Below, in pieces: positions 1-7,714 of a stretch of 64,000 nucleotides of DNA. A program made the translations under genes and the position numbers. How positions within the stretch are numbered: position 1 is the stretch's first letter; the number at the start of each line of letters is the position of its first letter. Source of the stretch: a virus. Lineage: Duplodnaviria; Caudoviricetes. The stretch spans positions 32,001 through 96,000 of the IMG/VR virus record IMGVR_UViG_3300034126_000020; one strand, 5' to 3'. The notes under the pieces are model-generated. The model made no database searches and was not told where the DNA came from. It worked only from the letters and a program-made list of their open reading frames with translations.

Positions 1-267
1 CTTGGTCACACCGTAGTGCAACTGCATGATCACACCGAAGATGCGTGGCAGGTGGTCGTGAAGCTCGTACGGCATTTGAGCGGTGATGTTCATACGACCA
101 TCCTCGTTCTCTTCGTACTTGACCACCAGCATATCGTCGATACGCTCGTAGCCGACTTCTTCACACTCACTTGGGAGACGAGTGATGAACAGGTCTTTAA
201 ACGGCTCACGGGTGTTAGCCTGAGCTTCTGCAACTTCGCGGGAATCAACGATGATAGTGTAAGTCAT
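1..267 (-). CDS. Hypothetical protein, running off the left edge (partial)
   Basis: Read manually: ATG at 267 after TAAGGAG; MTYTIIVDSREVAEAQANTREPFKDLF... stays open to base 1. Confidence 0.7.
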   Translation of the reverse strand, partial: MTYTIIVDSREVAEAQANTREPFKDLFITRLPSECEEVGYERIDDMLVVKYEENEDGRMNITAQMPYELHDHLPRIFGVIMQLHYGVTK

Positions 268-299
268 GACATGCTCCTTAGCATGGGGTAGGGGTAGGG

Positions 300-662
300 T
301 TAGTGCAAGTGTTGCTTTGTATCAGATACTTCCGCCCAATCAACCGACAGGATGATCTTGGCGCTTTCGATGACCACTTTGGCTCGGTACTCAGGTTGCA
401 GTTCCTGCCGCATGGAGAAGATCGGTATCCCTTGCAACGTATCCGCTAAGGTACGCATGCTTTCAAAGGGGAAGTTGATCTGTTCTGTGTGGAGAACGCT
501 GCCGTCGAAACCAAGGACGTTAATCGTGGTGAGGTAGCCTTGAATGATTTCAATGGCCACCGCGTAGGTGTGAGCGGAAACGAACCCGCTCAAAAGTGTA
601 GAGTGTCCTGTCCAGATCCGAAGAGCTGGAGCAAAGATCGCGACAACAGCGTCGAGGTACAT
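300..662 (-). CDS. Hypothetical protein
   Basis: ORF 300-704; the AAGGAG RBS overlapping the upstream stop favours ATG at 662 (MYLDAVVA...). Confidence 0.65.
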   Translation of the reverse strand: MYLDAVVAIFAPALRIWTGHSTLLSGFVSAHTYAVAIEIIQGYLTTINVLGFDGSVLHTEQINFPFESMRTLADTLQGIPIFSMRQELQPEYRAKVVIESAKIILSVDWAEVSDTKQHLH

Positions 663-672
663 GGGGCTCTCC

Positions 673-837
673 TTAGCGAGAGGGCTTGTTATAGCCAGGG
701 ACATCCTTGATCAGGTGGCCCACGGTGGCACGGACTTGTGCCATCTTCTTTTCTTCTTTACGTTTGAGGTAATACGACATCCCCAAATAGCCGACAAGAA
801 GACCACCGACAGCGCAAGCACCGTAAGTCTTAGACAT
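673..837 (-). CDS. Small single-pass membrane protein
   Basis: AGGAG RBS then MSKTYGACAVGGLLVGYLGMSYYLKRKEEKK: a hydrophobic helix followed by a basic stretch. Confidence 0.65.
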   Translation of the reverse strand: MSKTYGACAVGGLLVGYLGMSYYLKRKEEKKMAQVRATVGHLIKDVPGYNKPSR

Positions 838-889
838 GATGAAGCTCCTTACTAGGTTAGGTTGAGTACTGTATTCCTTACTCACCGCT

Positions 890-897
890 ATCATGTA
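890..897 (-). promoter_or_regulatory. Putative phage early-promoter core (TACATGAT)
   Basis: TACAT-N-A(T/C) with an upstream AT-rich tract recurs in at least 7 intergenic regions in the sense of the downstream genes. Confidence 0.55.
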
Positions 898-922
898 TTG
901 TTGAAAAGAATTCGAATCGAAT

Positions 923-956
923 CGGCATAAAGGCCAGGAGCACTCGCTCCTGGCCT
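923..956 (-). terminator. Intrinsic terminator hairpin followed by TTTATGCCG
   Basis: AGGCCAGGAG/CTCCTGGCCT inverted repeat immediately after the o-spanin stop. Confidence 0.75.
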
Positions 957-960
957 ATGC

Positions 961-1209
961 TTACTTGGGGGCTGCTTTGTTAGCGGCATTGATCAACCGA
1001 ATGTCAGCGTTGCAGTCAGTGAGCGACTGGGTCTGACGGATGTAGGCAGAGGTCATCTGCACCAACTTCTCATCCGGGGTGGCGTTGGTGTACCGTTCAC
1101 CTTTCGGTGGGGACGCAGAACTGCATTCAGGCACTGCTTGGTACTGACGAGTGTCACACCCTGCCAACAGCAGGAGAGCACCCACGAGGATCACTTGAAG
1201 GGCGCGCAT
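961..1209 (-). CDS. Putative o-spanin (Rz1-like outer-membrane lipoprotein)
   Basis: Signal peptide with lipobox LLLAG-C; short Pro/Cys-containing mature part; start overlaps the 3' end of the upstream single-TM gene. Confidence 0.75.
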   Translation of the reverse strand: MRALQVILVGALLLLAGCDTRQYQAVPECSSASPPKGERYTNATPDEKLVQMTSAYIRQTQSLTDCNADIRLINAANKAAPK

Positions 1210-1694
1210 GTCTCGTCCTCATTCTTGATGGAGATGCAATAGGCCTTCCATGCGTTGTTGAGTGACTGCAAGGCAATCTCCTCATTCACAGGGCGCAGTT
1301 CAGACACCTTAGGGTCAAAGGTCTCGGCCTTAGTGATGTCAGTGGTCGGGCAGTTGGATACACGGTCCCGATACTTGACCACTTCCACAATCTGAGGGGT
1401 CGACGCTGAAGGCGGGGCGAGTGGGGTGTTGTTACGGGCAGCACACACCAGATCGACTTGAGCATCCTCCAGTTCATCGAACCACATCTTGTTCTGTTTC
1501 TTGTTCGAGGTGTAAGTCTCGATCTCGGTACGGAGCGAAGCAATGGTGCCATCGCGATCACTGATAGCCGTCTTCTGATCTGCCACCTGAGTGTTCATGT
1601 CCAACGACCAATTGACCCAGTAGGCCAAGGCACCTAGGACGATTGCAATTGCCACAATCCACTTGAGATTGATGAGCGATAATAGCTTACTCAT
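1191..1694 (-). CDS. Putative i-spanin (Rz-like inner-membrane protein)
   Basis: N-terminal TM (WIVAIAIVLGALAYWVNW), heptad-like helical periplasmic segment, Pro-rich hinge and Cys residues; paired with the lipoprotein gene. Confidence 0.7.
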   Translation of the reverse strand: MSKLLSLINLKWIVAIAIVLGALAYWVNWSLDMNTQVADQKTAISDRDGTIASLRTEIETYTSNKKQNKMWFDELEDAQVDLVCAARNNTPLAPPSASTPQIVEVVKYRDRVSNCPTTDITKAETFDPKVSELRPVNEEIALQSLNNAWKAYCISIKNEDETCAPFK

Positions 1695-1741
1695 GAGAAC
1701 TCCTCATAAAGGGGAGAGCCGAAGCCCTCCCCTAGATTCAC

Positions 1742-2113
1742 TTACTCGGCGCAGGTGTCGAGGAAGTTGATGACCAGTGCGGCCACCAATGCAGCAGGGG
1801 TAACGCCCATGCGGGCAGCTTCTTTGATCAGGACTTCTTTCTGCGCTTTGGTGATCTTGCCACCCAGCGATTCAGAACGAGTCAAGCCGCCTTTGGCGAA
1901 GCCTTCGAAGATCTTGGCCAGACGAGCTGGGATCTTGTAGACCTTCTTGGCGGGGATTGCGGTCTTCTTGATACCGTCAGCAGGCGCTACCTTGGCTTTC
2001 GGTTTAGCCTGAGCGGCAGGAGGAACGCTGATCGAAGCAACGCGCGCCTTCTTGGCAGCAGGTTTGGCGGCTGGTTTCTTCTTTGCTGGTTTGGTTTCGT
2101 CGATAACGGCCAT
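1742..2113 (-). CDS. Lys/Ala/Pro-rich protein with C-terminal ribbon-helix-helix-like domain
   Basis: KPAKKKPAAKPAAKK low-complexity N-terminus; C-terminal strand-helix-helix pattern RSESLGGKIT-KAQKEVLIKEAARMG-TPAALVAALVINFL. Confidence 0.55.
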   Translation of the reverse strand: MAVIDETKPAKKKPAAKPAAKKARVASISVPPAAQAKPKAKVAPADGIKKTAIPAKKVYKIPARLAKIFEGFAKGGLTRSESLGGKITKAQKEVLIKEAARMGVTPAALVAALVINFLDTCAE

Positions 2114-2147
2114 GGTGATTCCCTAGATAGTTGGCAGAGGACTTTAA

Positions 2148-2726
2148 TCAGTCCTTCATACTATCCTCGTCATGGCCTTCTCGCAGGGTAAACAGGCTGA
2201 TGGTTCTACGTCCATCCGCGTGGATCACAGGCTCGACGCCAGCCTGACCCATCCGGTCAATCACATCGAACATGATGTTGCTCATCTCCATCTGTACCGC
2301 AGGACGGTCCGACAGTTTATTGAACAGGTGATCGCCGAACTGGAAGTAGAGTCGCTTAGCCTTGATGCCTTGCTCGTGAATGAACACGAACTTCTCCCGT
2401 TGAGGAGTGGGGCTGTACGTCCCCAGGATCATGATCTTTTCACTCCAGTCACACAGATCCCGTGCGATGTCTGTGTAGAACTGAAGCCCTAGATCCTTCT
2501 CGATGTACATGGCACGCACCATGTCGTACATGGAGTCACGTAACATGGCTCTGGCGTATTCAACACCGAGGCCCACACTGAGCCCGTAGAAGATGTAATA
2601 GGTGTGCTTGTCCAACAAGGTCGCGTGAATGCTGTCGCGCAGTACCTTACGATACTTCTTCTTTCTCCGCGGCAACAAGCAAAGGTCCAAGAGCATCCGC
2701 AGACGTTTCATAAGCGTACGTGCCAT
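2148..2726 (-). CDS. Hypothetical protein
   Basis: 192-aa ORF in the minus-strand operon. Confidence 0.65.
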   Translation of the reverse strand: MARTLMKRLRMLLDLCLLPRRKKKYRKVLRDSIHATLLDKHTYYIFYGLSVGLGVEYARAMLRDSMYDMVRAMYIEKDLGLQFYTDIARDLCDWSEKIMILGTYSPTPQREKFVFIHEQGIKAKRLYFQFGDHLFNKLSDRPAVQMEMSNIMFDVIDRMGQAGVEPVIHADGRRTISLFTLREGHDEDSMKD

Positions 2727-3147
2727 CCTTAAAACTCTCCAAACGCTGTTTGAGATCCATGTCCATCACTTCCGACACTGCTTTAGGTAGGCGCCAGATG
2801 CTGACCATGACATTGTTCTTGTGTACTACTGCTCGGCAATTAACCAACTTGCCTTTTCGCCATTCGGGCTTGAAGAATTCTGTTGAAGCGAGGTAAGCGG
2901 CTTCGGTGAATGCGTAGCCAGTCGTGCCCTCACAGACGATGTGCCAGAAGTCGTACTTGTCATCGTCTTTAAACGTCACGTCCCACGTCGAGGCGTGCAA
3001 GGACAGTGTACCGCTGTAGACCCCGAATTGATCACGCGCATCAAGGTCAAAGAAATCTCCACGAACAGCCTCGCTATCGTATAGGTAGTCATCCAACTCC
3101 CGAGAGTCAGGATGCAAGCCTTCACGGAATACCAACAACTTTTTCAT
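2647..3147 (-). CDS. Hypothetical protein
   Basis: 166-aa ORF; overlaps the next gene by about 80 nt. Confidence 0.6.
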   Translation of the reverse strand: MKKLLVFREGLHPDSRELDDYLYDSEAVRGDFFDLDARDQFGVYSGTLSLHASTWDVTFKDDDKYDFWHIVCEGTTGYAFTEAAYLASTEFFKPEWRKGKLVNCRAVVHKNNVMVSIWRLPKAVSEVMDMDLKQRLESFKDGTYAYETSADALGPLLVAAEKEEVS

Positions 3148-3210
3148 GGTGTAAGGCCTTAGCTAGTTCTACACCATCTCATCACTTTTTCTTTATTAAC
3201 GGTGAACCTC

Positions 3211-3678
3211 ATGTCCCACCTGTACCATGGATCTGGCTACAAGCACCCGGAGCTTAAACCCGGCATCATGCACTCTGGTGAATTGCAGCAGTGGGACAAG
3301 ACCGAATCCAACGAGTACCTCTACGCCACCACGTTGATGGAAGAAGCCATTGCTCAGGGGCTGGCTTCAGTCATTGAGAAGCACTGGAACCTTGCTCGGT
3401 ACCAGTCGGCTGGCGATAGCATCACAGTCATCGTAGACGGGCCTCTGCCTACCCTCAGAGAGCTTCAAGCCCTCACGGTGTATCTGTATCGCATTCACTG
3501 GGACAAAGCCACCTGGGTCCTTGTAGACAACCTGCACAACGGGATGTCCAACGAGTACAAGACCAAGCAAGTCATCGGCCCCAAGATGATCGAAAGCTGT
3601 GAAGCAGTGAACTTGAGTGACTGGCTCAAAGGCAAGAAGATCGAGATCAAAGCCAAGTCAGCGTCGATGCGTTGGTAA
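3211..3678 (+). CDS. Putative ADP-ribosyltransferase-fold protein (Arr/H-Y-type-like)
   Basis: Ordered motifs LYHGS ... YLYAT ... VYLYRI ... NEYKT resemble the FYHGT/HIYF/YIYIV/SYRT strands of Arr-like ARTs; lone plus-strand gene. Confidence 0.45.
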   Translation: MSHLYHGSGYKHPELKPGIMHSGELQQWDKTESNEYLYATTLMEEAIAQGLASVIEKHWNLARYQSAGDSITVIVDGPLPTLRELQALTVYLYRIHWDKATWVLVDNLHNGMSNEYKTKQVIGPKMIESCEAVNLSDWLKGKKIEIKAKSASMRW

Positions 3679-3700
3679 CAAAGAAAAAAAGGATGGTAAA

Positions 3701-3726
3701 GACTGGGGACCCGAAGGTCCCCAGTC
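3701..3726. terminator. Bidirectional terminator between convergent genes
   Basis: GACTGGGGAC-CCGAAG-GTCCCCAGTC hairpin (cUUCGg loop on the minus strand). Confidence 0.75.
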
Positions 3727-3733
3727 TATTCCG

Positions 3734-4102
3734 TTACGACATCAGCCAGATCGGCTTGATGTCTTTGAGTGGATATGCATCACCGTCAACAACGATCATG
3801 ACAGTGTCCGTTGAATCGCCCGAGTAGGTGACACCTTGGATAGACCCCATCCCAGCGGGAGTCTTGACCAACATGCCAACCGACGGGTTCCACATGACGC
3901 CTTCGCCATCGAACTCCACTGTGCCACCTTCAGCGTCCGGACTGGCCAGACTCTTCTCTAAGCGAGCGATGATCTCGCTGTTCATTGAGCGGTGGCTGCC
4001 ACGGGCCACTTCTGCGATACGTTCACGCATGCCATCAGGCAGACGGACAACGAACTTATCGGCAGTACGGCTGGAGTAGATTGCTTGTTTCAAAGGACGC
4101 AT
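3734..4102 (-). CDS. amrZ: AmrZ/AlgZ-like Arc-family RHH transcription factor with a non-AmrZ C-terminal domain
   Basis: N-terminus [52 protein letters not shown] is nearly identical to Pseudomonas AmrZ as I recall it; the C-terminus is beta-rich and unrelated. Confidence 0.85.
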   Translation of the reverse strand: MRPLKQAIYSSRTADKFVVRLPDGMRERIAEVARGSHRSMNSEIIARLEKSLASPDAEGGTVEFDGEGVMWNPSVGMLVKTPAGMGSIQGVTYSGDSTDTVMIVVDGDAYPLKDIKPIWLMS

Positions 4103-4172
4103 GGTAAAGCCTCTTGCAAGTGGGACCCTAGAGTCCCGGGTTATGGTGGTGAAGTGCCATTATGGCGATGTA

Positions 4173-4826
4173 TCAACGACCGGTCAAGAAGTTCTTCGCT
4201 TGCTCGTGACTCAGGTTAACCAACCCCTTGCCATTGAAGCGACTACCCGAAGTACTGATCCCGGTGAACTCGTCTCCGCCCATGTGCAGCACGGCAGAGA
4301 CGTTGGACTTGGTCACGTGCAGAATCCCATCAACGCCATCCACGCGGCATTTATGGTACCCACGAGCCAAGTCACCATTGCGAGTCTCGAAGTCCTTCGA
4401 AGACATCTCGACGACTTCAGGACGGCGCAATTTGCTTTCGAACGAACTCCAGAACATCGGAGTCTGATCGGGTTGTACTGGAGTGGTCACCACCCGAGGA
4501 CGGGAGATGCTCACGACCTTTTCACCATGTACACCTTCGAGTACCTCGACGATGGCTGGTGGTACTTCTGCATGGAGGATGTCTTGAACGACGCTCTCCA
4601 TGCTTGGTGCTGGTTCTTGCACTTCGGTTTCCATGACCACCACCTCAACTTCTTGAGTGGTCACGGTTTGCAGGCGAGCGCGCAGAATAGCTTTACGCTC
4701 TTCCATTTGCTCAGCAGTGAGTTTGTCACCGCCAGTACGACCCTTGAGAGTCTTCCAGCCCAGACCGCCTACCAGAGCAGCGGCTACAGCACCAACACCT
4801 ACGATTACGGCTACTTGCTTTTCCAT
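4173..4826 (-). CDS. Membrane-anchored hypothetical protein
   Basis: N-terminal hydrophobic helix VAVIVGVGAVAAALVGGLGW; 217 aa. Confidence 0.7.
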   Translation of the reverse strand: MEKQVAVIVGVGAVAAALVGGLGWKTLKGRTGGDKLTAEQMEERKAILRARLQTVTTQEVEVVVMETEVQEPAPSMESVVQDILHAEVPPAIVEVLEGVHGEKVVSISRPRVVTTPVQPDQTPMFWSSFESKLRRPEVVEMSSKDFETRNGDLARGYHKCRVDGVDGILHVTKSNVSAVLHMGGDEFTGISTSGSRFNGKGLVNLSHEQAKNFLTGR

Positions 4827-4852
4827 GGTGAAACTCCTTCAGTTCCGGGGGA

Positions 4853-5167
4853 TTAGAATGCGTTACGCAGCAGTTCGGCTTGGAATGCTTTATCAGCAGC
4901 CTGCTCCAACAGCTCGTCCACTTTGACGCGGTCTTTCATGCCGATGGTCTTCATGACCAGTTCATCGGATTCTTTCATCAACTCATCAGCCTTGACAGAG
5001 TTGCTCTGAGCCAGTTGCGCTTTCTCTGCACGCTTGGCTTTTGCCACGGCTTGGAATTTACGTTTGCCTTTCCAGCTACGGATGGCATTCTTGATTGCGC
5101 CCCAGATAGAAACTTTCACTTCTACTTGTGGCTTGGATTCTTCGAGTTTACGGATGAGGTCGAACAT
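4853..5167 (-). CDS. Helical, basic hypothetical protein
   Basis: GGAG RBS before ATG 5167 (MFDLIRKLEE...); the longer ORF extension runs through a promoter/terminator region. Confidence 0.65.
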   Translation of the reverse strand: MFDLIRKLEESKPQVEVKVSIWGAIKNAIRSWKGKRKFQAVAKAKRAEKAQLAQSNSVKADELMKESDELVMKTIGMKDRVKVDELLEQAADKAFQAELLRNAF

Positions 5168-5207
5168 GTTGATCTCCATTGATCGGGTTAGGTTGTTACT
5201 CACTGCA

Positions 5208-5283
5208 ATCATGTATTGTTTCAAAAAGTTTGAATCGAATCGGCATAAGAGCCAGGGCAGTTGCCCTGGCTCTATGTCAGCAT
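5208..5283 (-). promoter_or_regulatory. Terminator + TTATGCCG + TACATGAT cassette, near-duplicate of 880-956
   Basis: CTCACTGCAATCATGTATTGTTTCAAAAAG..GAATCGAATCGGCATAA closely matches 881-930. Confidence 0.6.
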
Positions 5284-5579
5284 TTCGTGCAGGCCATCTT
5301 GTAGAATTCGTTATTGATCTCGATGAGCTGATCAATCGATGTAGCGGTATGCAGTGCATCAATGAAGCATCCAGCCGCACCTTGGATGGTCTTCATCAAA
5401 TGCTTGGCGGCTTCGAACTCATCGCCCGAGAGTTTGTCATACGTGGTTCGTTTGACCAGTTGCAACATGACGTTCATGTGACTGGCAGTAATGCGCCCCG
5501 CCATCCAACGCTCAGGGATGTCTTTATGCCCGGGAGAACTGGTATTTGCAAAGGAAGTAGTAACGTGGACGAGTGACAT
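5277..5579 (-). CDS. Hypothetical protein
   Basis: GAGG RBS before ATG 5579 (MSLVHVTTSF...). Confidence 0.6.
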   Translation of the reverse strand: MSLVHVTTSFANTSSPGHKDIPERWMAGRITASHMNVMLQLVKRTTYDKLSGDEFEAAKHLMKTIQGAAGCFIDALHTATSIDQLIEINNEFYKMACTKC

Positions 5580-5624
5580 GAGACACCTCAAATTCAAGAC
5601 TATAGGATTGGTATCTCGGCAAAA

Positions 5625-6500
5625 CAAAAAAAGAAAGAAGTCTTGGGGCAATCGTTCGGACGCACCTCAATGGGAGATCAACCCCACCATAGGAACGACT
5701 ATCGACGATGCCCCGTAACCTTGTGTAGCGCTTGTCTTCCTCATCCCTCGAGCCCTTTCACCAAGTGCGTCATCGCGTAGTGCGAGGCCTTGCGTTAATC
5801 GGTCGTAGGTTTGGATCAGACTGGAGGCCATTGCCATCCAATTCAACCGAACTCAATCGGAATCAATAGTCATCAAATGTGTTCACTGACACGGACTATT
5901 GATTAGCTCTCGTGCACCTTAGGCACGCGCTGGATAGTCCGCTCAGACACTGCCGTGCGATGTCCCTCTGCTGGTTTCACAACGCACGCTTGCGACGCTC
6001 GTGCCATGAAGAGTACACCTTCTAAGCGAGCCATTTCTGGCACCGCCCTTGGGAGAAGACCTTTCCCCAAGTCCTGATGGTGTATCTTATCCGACGACGC
6101 AATTGCGCTCTTCTCTTGCTTAGCGAACGCACGATTGTGCTCTTCCGCTTGGGCAGACAAGGTGACAGCTAGGGCCAACGCCACGAGAGTGGAGAAGCCG
6201 CGGGTTCTGATCAGTAGCTCCTTAGAGGCTTAATTGAACGCTCATGAGTTATCAATGGTCTCCAGTGCTACGGTGCACCTACCGTTCCACGCGCCTTATG
6301 CGTGAGGTAGGGCACCGAAGTCACTGAAACGGATGAAACGGTACCGGTAATGCGCGGCGGGTCATCGGTCTCATTCGGCGGCGTCACGAGTGACACGGCC
6401 TTTAGAAGACGTTGTACTGACGACCAGACGCGGCGCACGGAACCTAAGATCGATCCGAACAATGGCACTATCCTTAGACGATGTCACAGTGCTACTACAT
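5625..6500 (-). ncRNA. Putative large structured non-coding RNA (about 870 nt)
   Basis: No ATG-started ORF with typical codon usage; many nested helices including a GAAA tetraloop; G-U pairs favour the minus strand; TTGTATGTA at the 5' end; terminal stem plus U-tract at the 3' end. Confidence 0.55.
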
Positions 6501-6550
6501 ACAACTCGAGCCAAACGTATTTATTTACCCGGAGTCCTTATGTCCTTGAT

Positions 6551-7147
6551 TTAACGGGGTAATCTTGGCCGGGGAATGTTACGACCACGACGATAACCCG
6601 ACGGGACTTCATCGTCAGCGGCAGGATCGGGATCGGGATAGTCTTTGTTGAGACGTTCAACGATCTCCTCAACCGACATCCAGACGATTGGGTAGTTAGC
6701 GCCCACCGCCATGCCGTTGGTGTCTTGCTGGAACTTCTCCTCATCCTTCCATGCAGCCAAAGCACCCAACAACGAATCACGTGTACTGATCTCAGAACAC
6801 ATGACGTAGGTCGATTGACCCGATGGCAACCCATGGAAGTCCAGCGTCCAGCGCTTTTCATCAGGACTGTTGTTGTTCTTGAAGAGGTCGACCTGTGTGA
6901 TCGCGCCCTGCTTGGTGATCATGAACGCCATCATGGTCATGGAGACACGGGGATGGCTGGCCAGTTTCAAGCGACCGCTCACCACGTCAGCGATGTTCGG
7001 GCCAGTGCCGGACAATGGGTAGATGAAGCCTTCTTTGCTGAAGTACGTGCCGATGTCAGCTTCGAGTACCTTGAAGTGTACGCCTTCGTTGGCCTCGTGG
7101 ACCTCAGGGAACCCGACCATGCCACGGCGGTAGATTAGGAAGTTCAC
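6551..7147 (-). CDS. Hypothetical protein
   Basis: 198-aa ORF, coupled to the upstream peptidase gene by an overlapping stop/start. Confidence 0.7.
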   Translation of the reverse strand: MNFLIYRRGMVGFPEVHEANEGVHFKVLEADIGTYFSKEGFIYPLSGTGPNIADVVSGRLKLASHPRVSMTMMAFMITKQGAITQVDLFKNNNSPDEKRWTLDFHGLPSGQSTYVMCSEISTRDSLLGALAAWKDEEKFQQDTNGMAVGANYPIVWMSVEEIVERLNKDYPDPDPAADDEVPSGYRRGRNIPRPRLPR

Positions 7148-7665
7148 AGAGTAGTCCCCTTGATAACAAATGGCTTCAGACGGCTGGCGTAAATCACATC
7201 GACCTTCGAGCCGGTCAACAGATCCAAACGCTCAACGACTGGCATCGCCGCTTTAATAGTCATGCCGCACTTCAACATGGCAGCGAGTAGCGTACCGCCC
7301 GTCCCACAGCCGTGTGTATGGCCCGCTAAGCGACGAAAGCGCGAACCGTACTGCATGATACCGAATTGCTGGTCACGGGTCATGAGGGTGCCGTGAGTGA
7401 AGCCTTCGATATTGTCTTCCAAGATGTCTTCCAGAGGGACGACGTCTCGTTTGTCGATGACTAGGCGTTCAAGAACAACGCGGAGTTTGAGTTCCAGTTC
7501 ATCACGAATGGACTCGTCGATGGCGGAGCCAGTGGCACCGTAAGCAAATTGCTTATCGCGGCTGATGAAGACTTTGGGACCGTCTTCGAATGTTGTAGGT
7601 ATTACCAAGGCTACCTGTTTACGGTCGCCGATCAGTTTCCCATCATGGTACACAATAGCAGTCAT
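7144..7665 (-). CDS. HslV/proteasome-beta-like Ntn-hydrolase (putative threonine peptidase)
   Basis: M-T-A-I-V-Y start would expose an N-terminal Thr; LIGDRK, GPKV and GCGTGG..LAAMLKCG..A..V.RLDLLTG match the Ntn T1-family layout. Confidence 0.65.
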   Translation of the reverse strand: MTAIVYHDGKLIGDRKQVALVIPTTFEDGPKVFISRDKQFAYGATGSAIDESIRDELELKLRVVLERLVIDKRDVVPLEDILEDNIEGFTHGTLMTRDQQFGIMQYGSRFRRLAGHTHGCGTGGTLLAAMLKCGMTIKAAMPVVERLDLLTGSKVDVIYASRLKPFVIKGTTL

Positions 7666-7682
7666 ACGAACTCCAAAAATAA

Positions 7683-7706
7683 AGAGAGGACCCGAAGGTC
7701 CTCTCT
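7683..7706 (-). terminator. Intrinsic terminator
   Basis: AGAGAGGAC-CCGAAG-GTCCTCTCT hairpin with a T-tract on the minus strand. Confidence 0.7.
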
Positions 7707-7714
7707 ATGCTGGC

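Noticed and set aside
284-300. GGGGTA tandem repeat / G-quadruplex
   Set aside because: Only three short units in a spacer; too short to support a function.
673-837. Holin next to the spanins
   Set aside because: Separated from the spanins by a terminator and an early-type promoter; a single TM with no holin features.
5892-6270. Group I intron core (GACTA/TAGTC P7-like helix; GCACTGGA/TCCAGCGC P3-like pairing)
   Set aside because: The P7-like helix is perfectly paired with no bulged guanosine-binding nucleotide, I found no P4 partner for CCCGCG, and there are no flanking exons. Kept only as an unclassified structured RNA.
6190-6480. RNase P RNA (CAGAACCCGCGGCTT and AAGGATAGTGCC resemble CR-V and CR-I)
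   Set aside because: The two segments cannot form the P4 helix, and the CR-V-like segment lies mid-region rather than at the 3' end.
5625-6500. tmRNA (suggested by the start-less internal ORF and the SspB gene)
   Set aside because: No tRNA-Ala-like acceptor/T-arm ends or CCA, the size is too large, and the ORF does not end in a degron-like tag.
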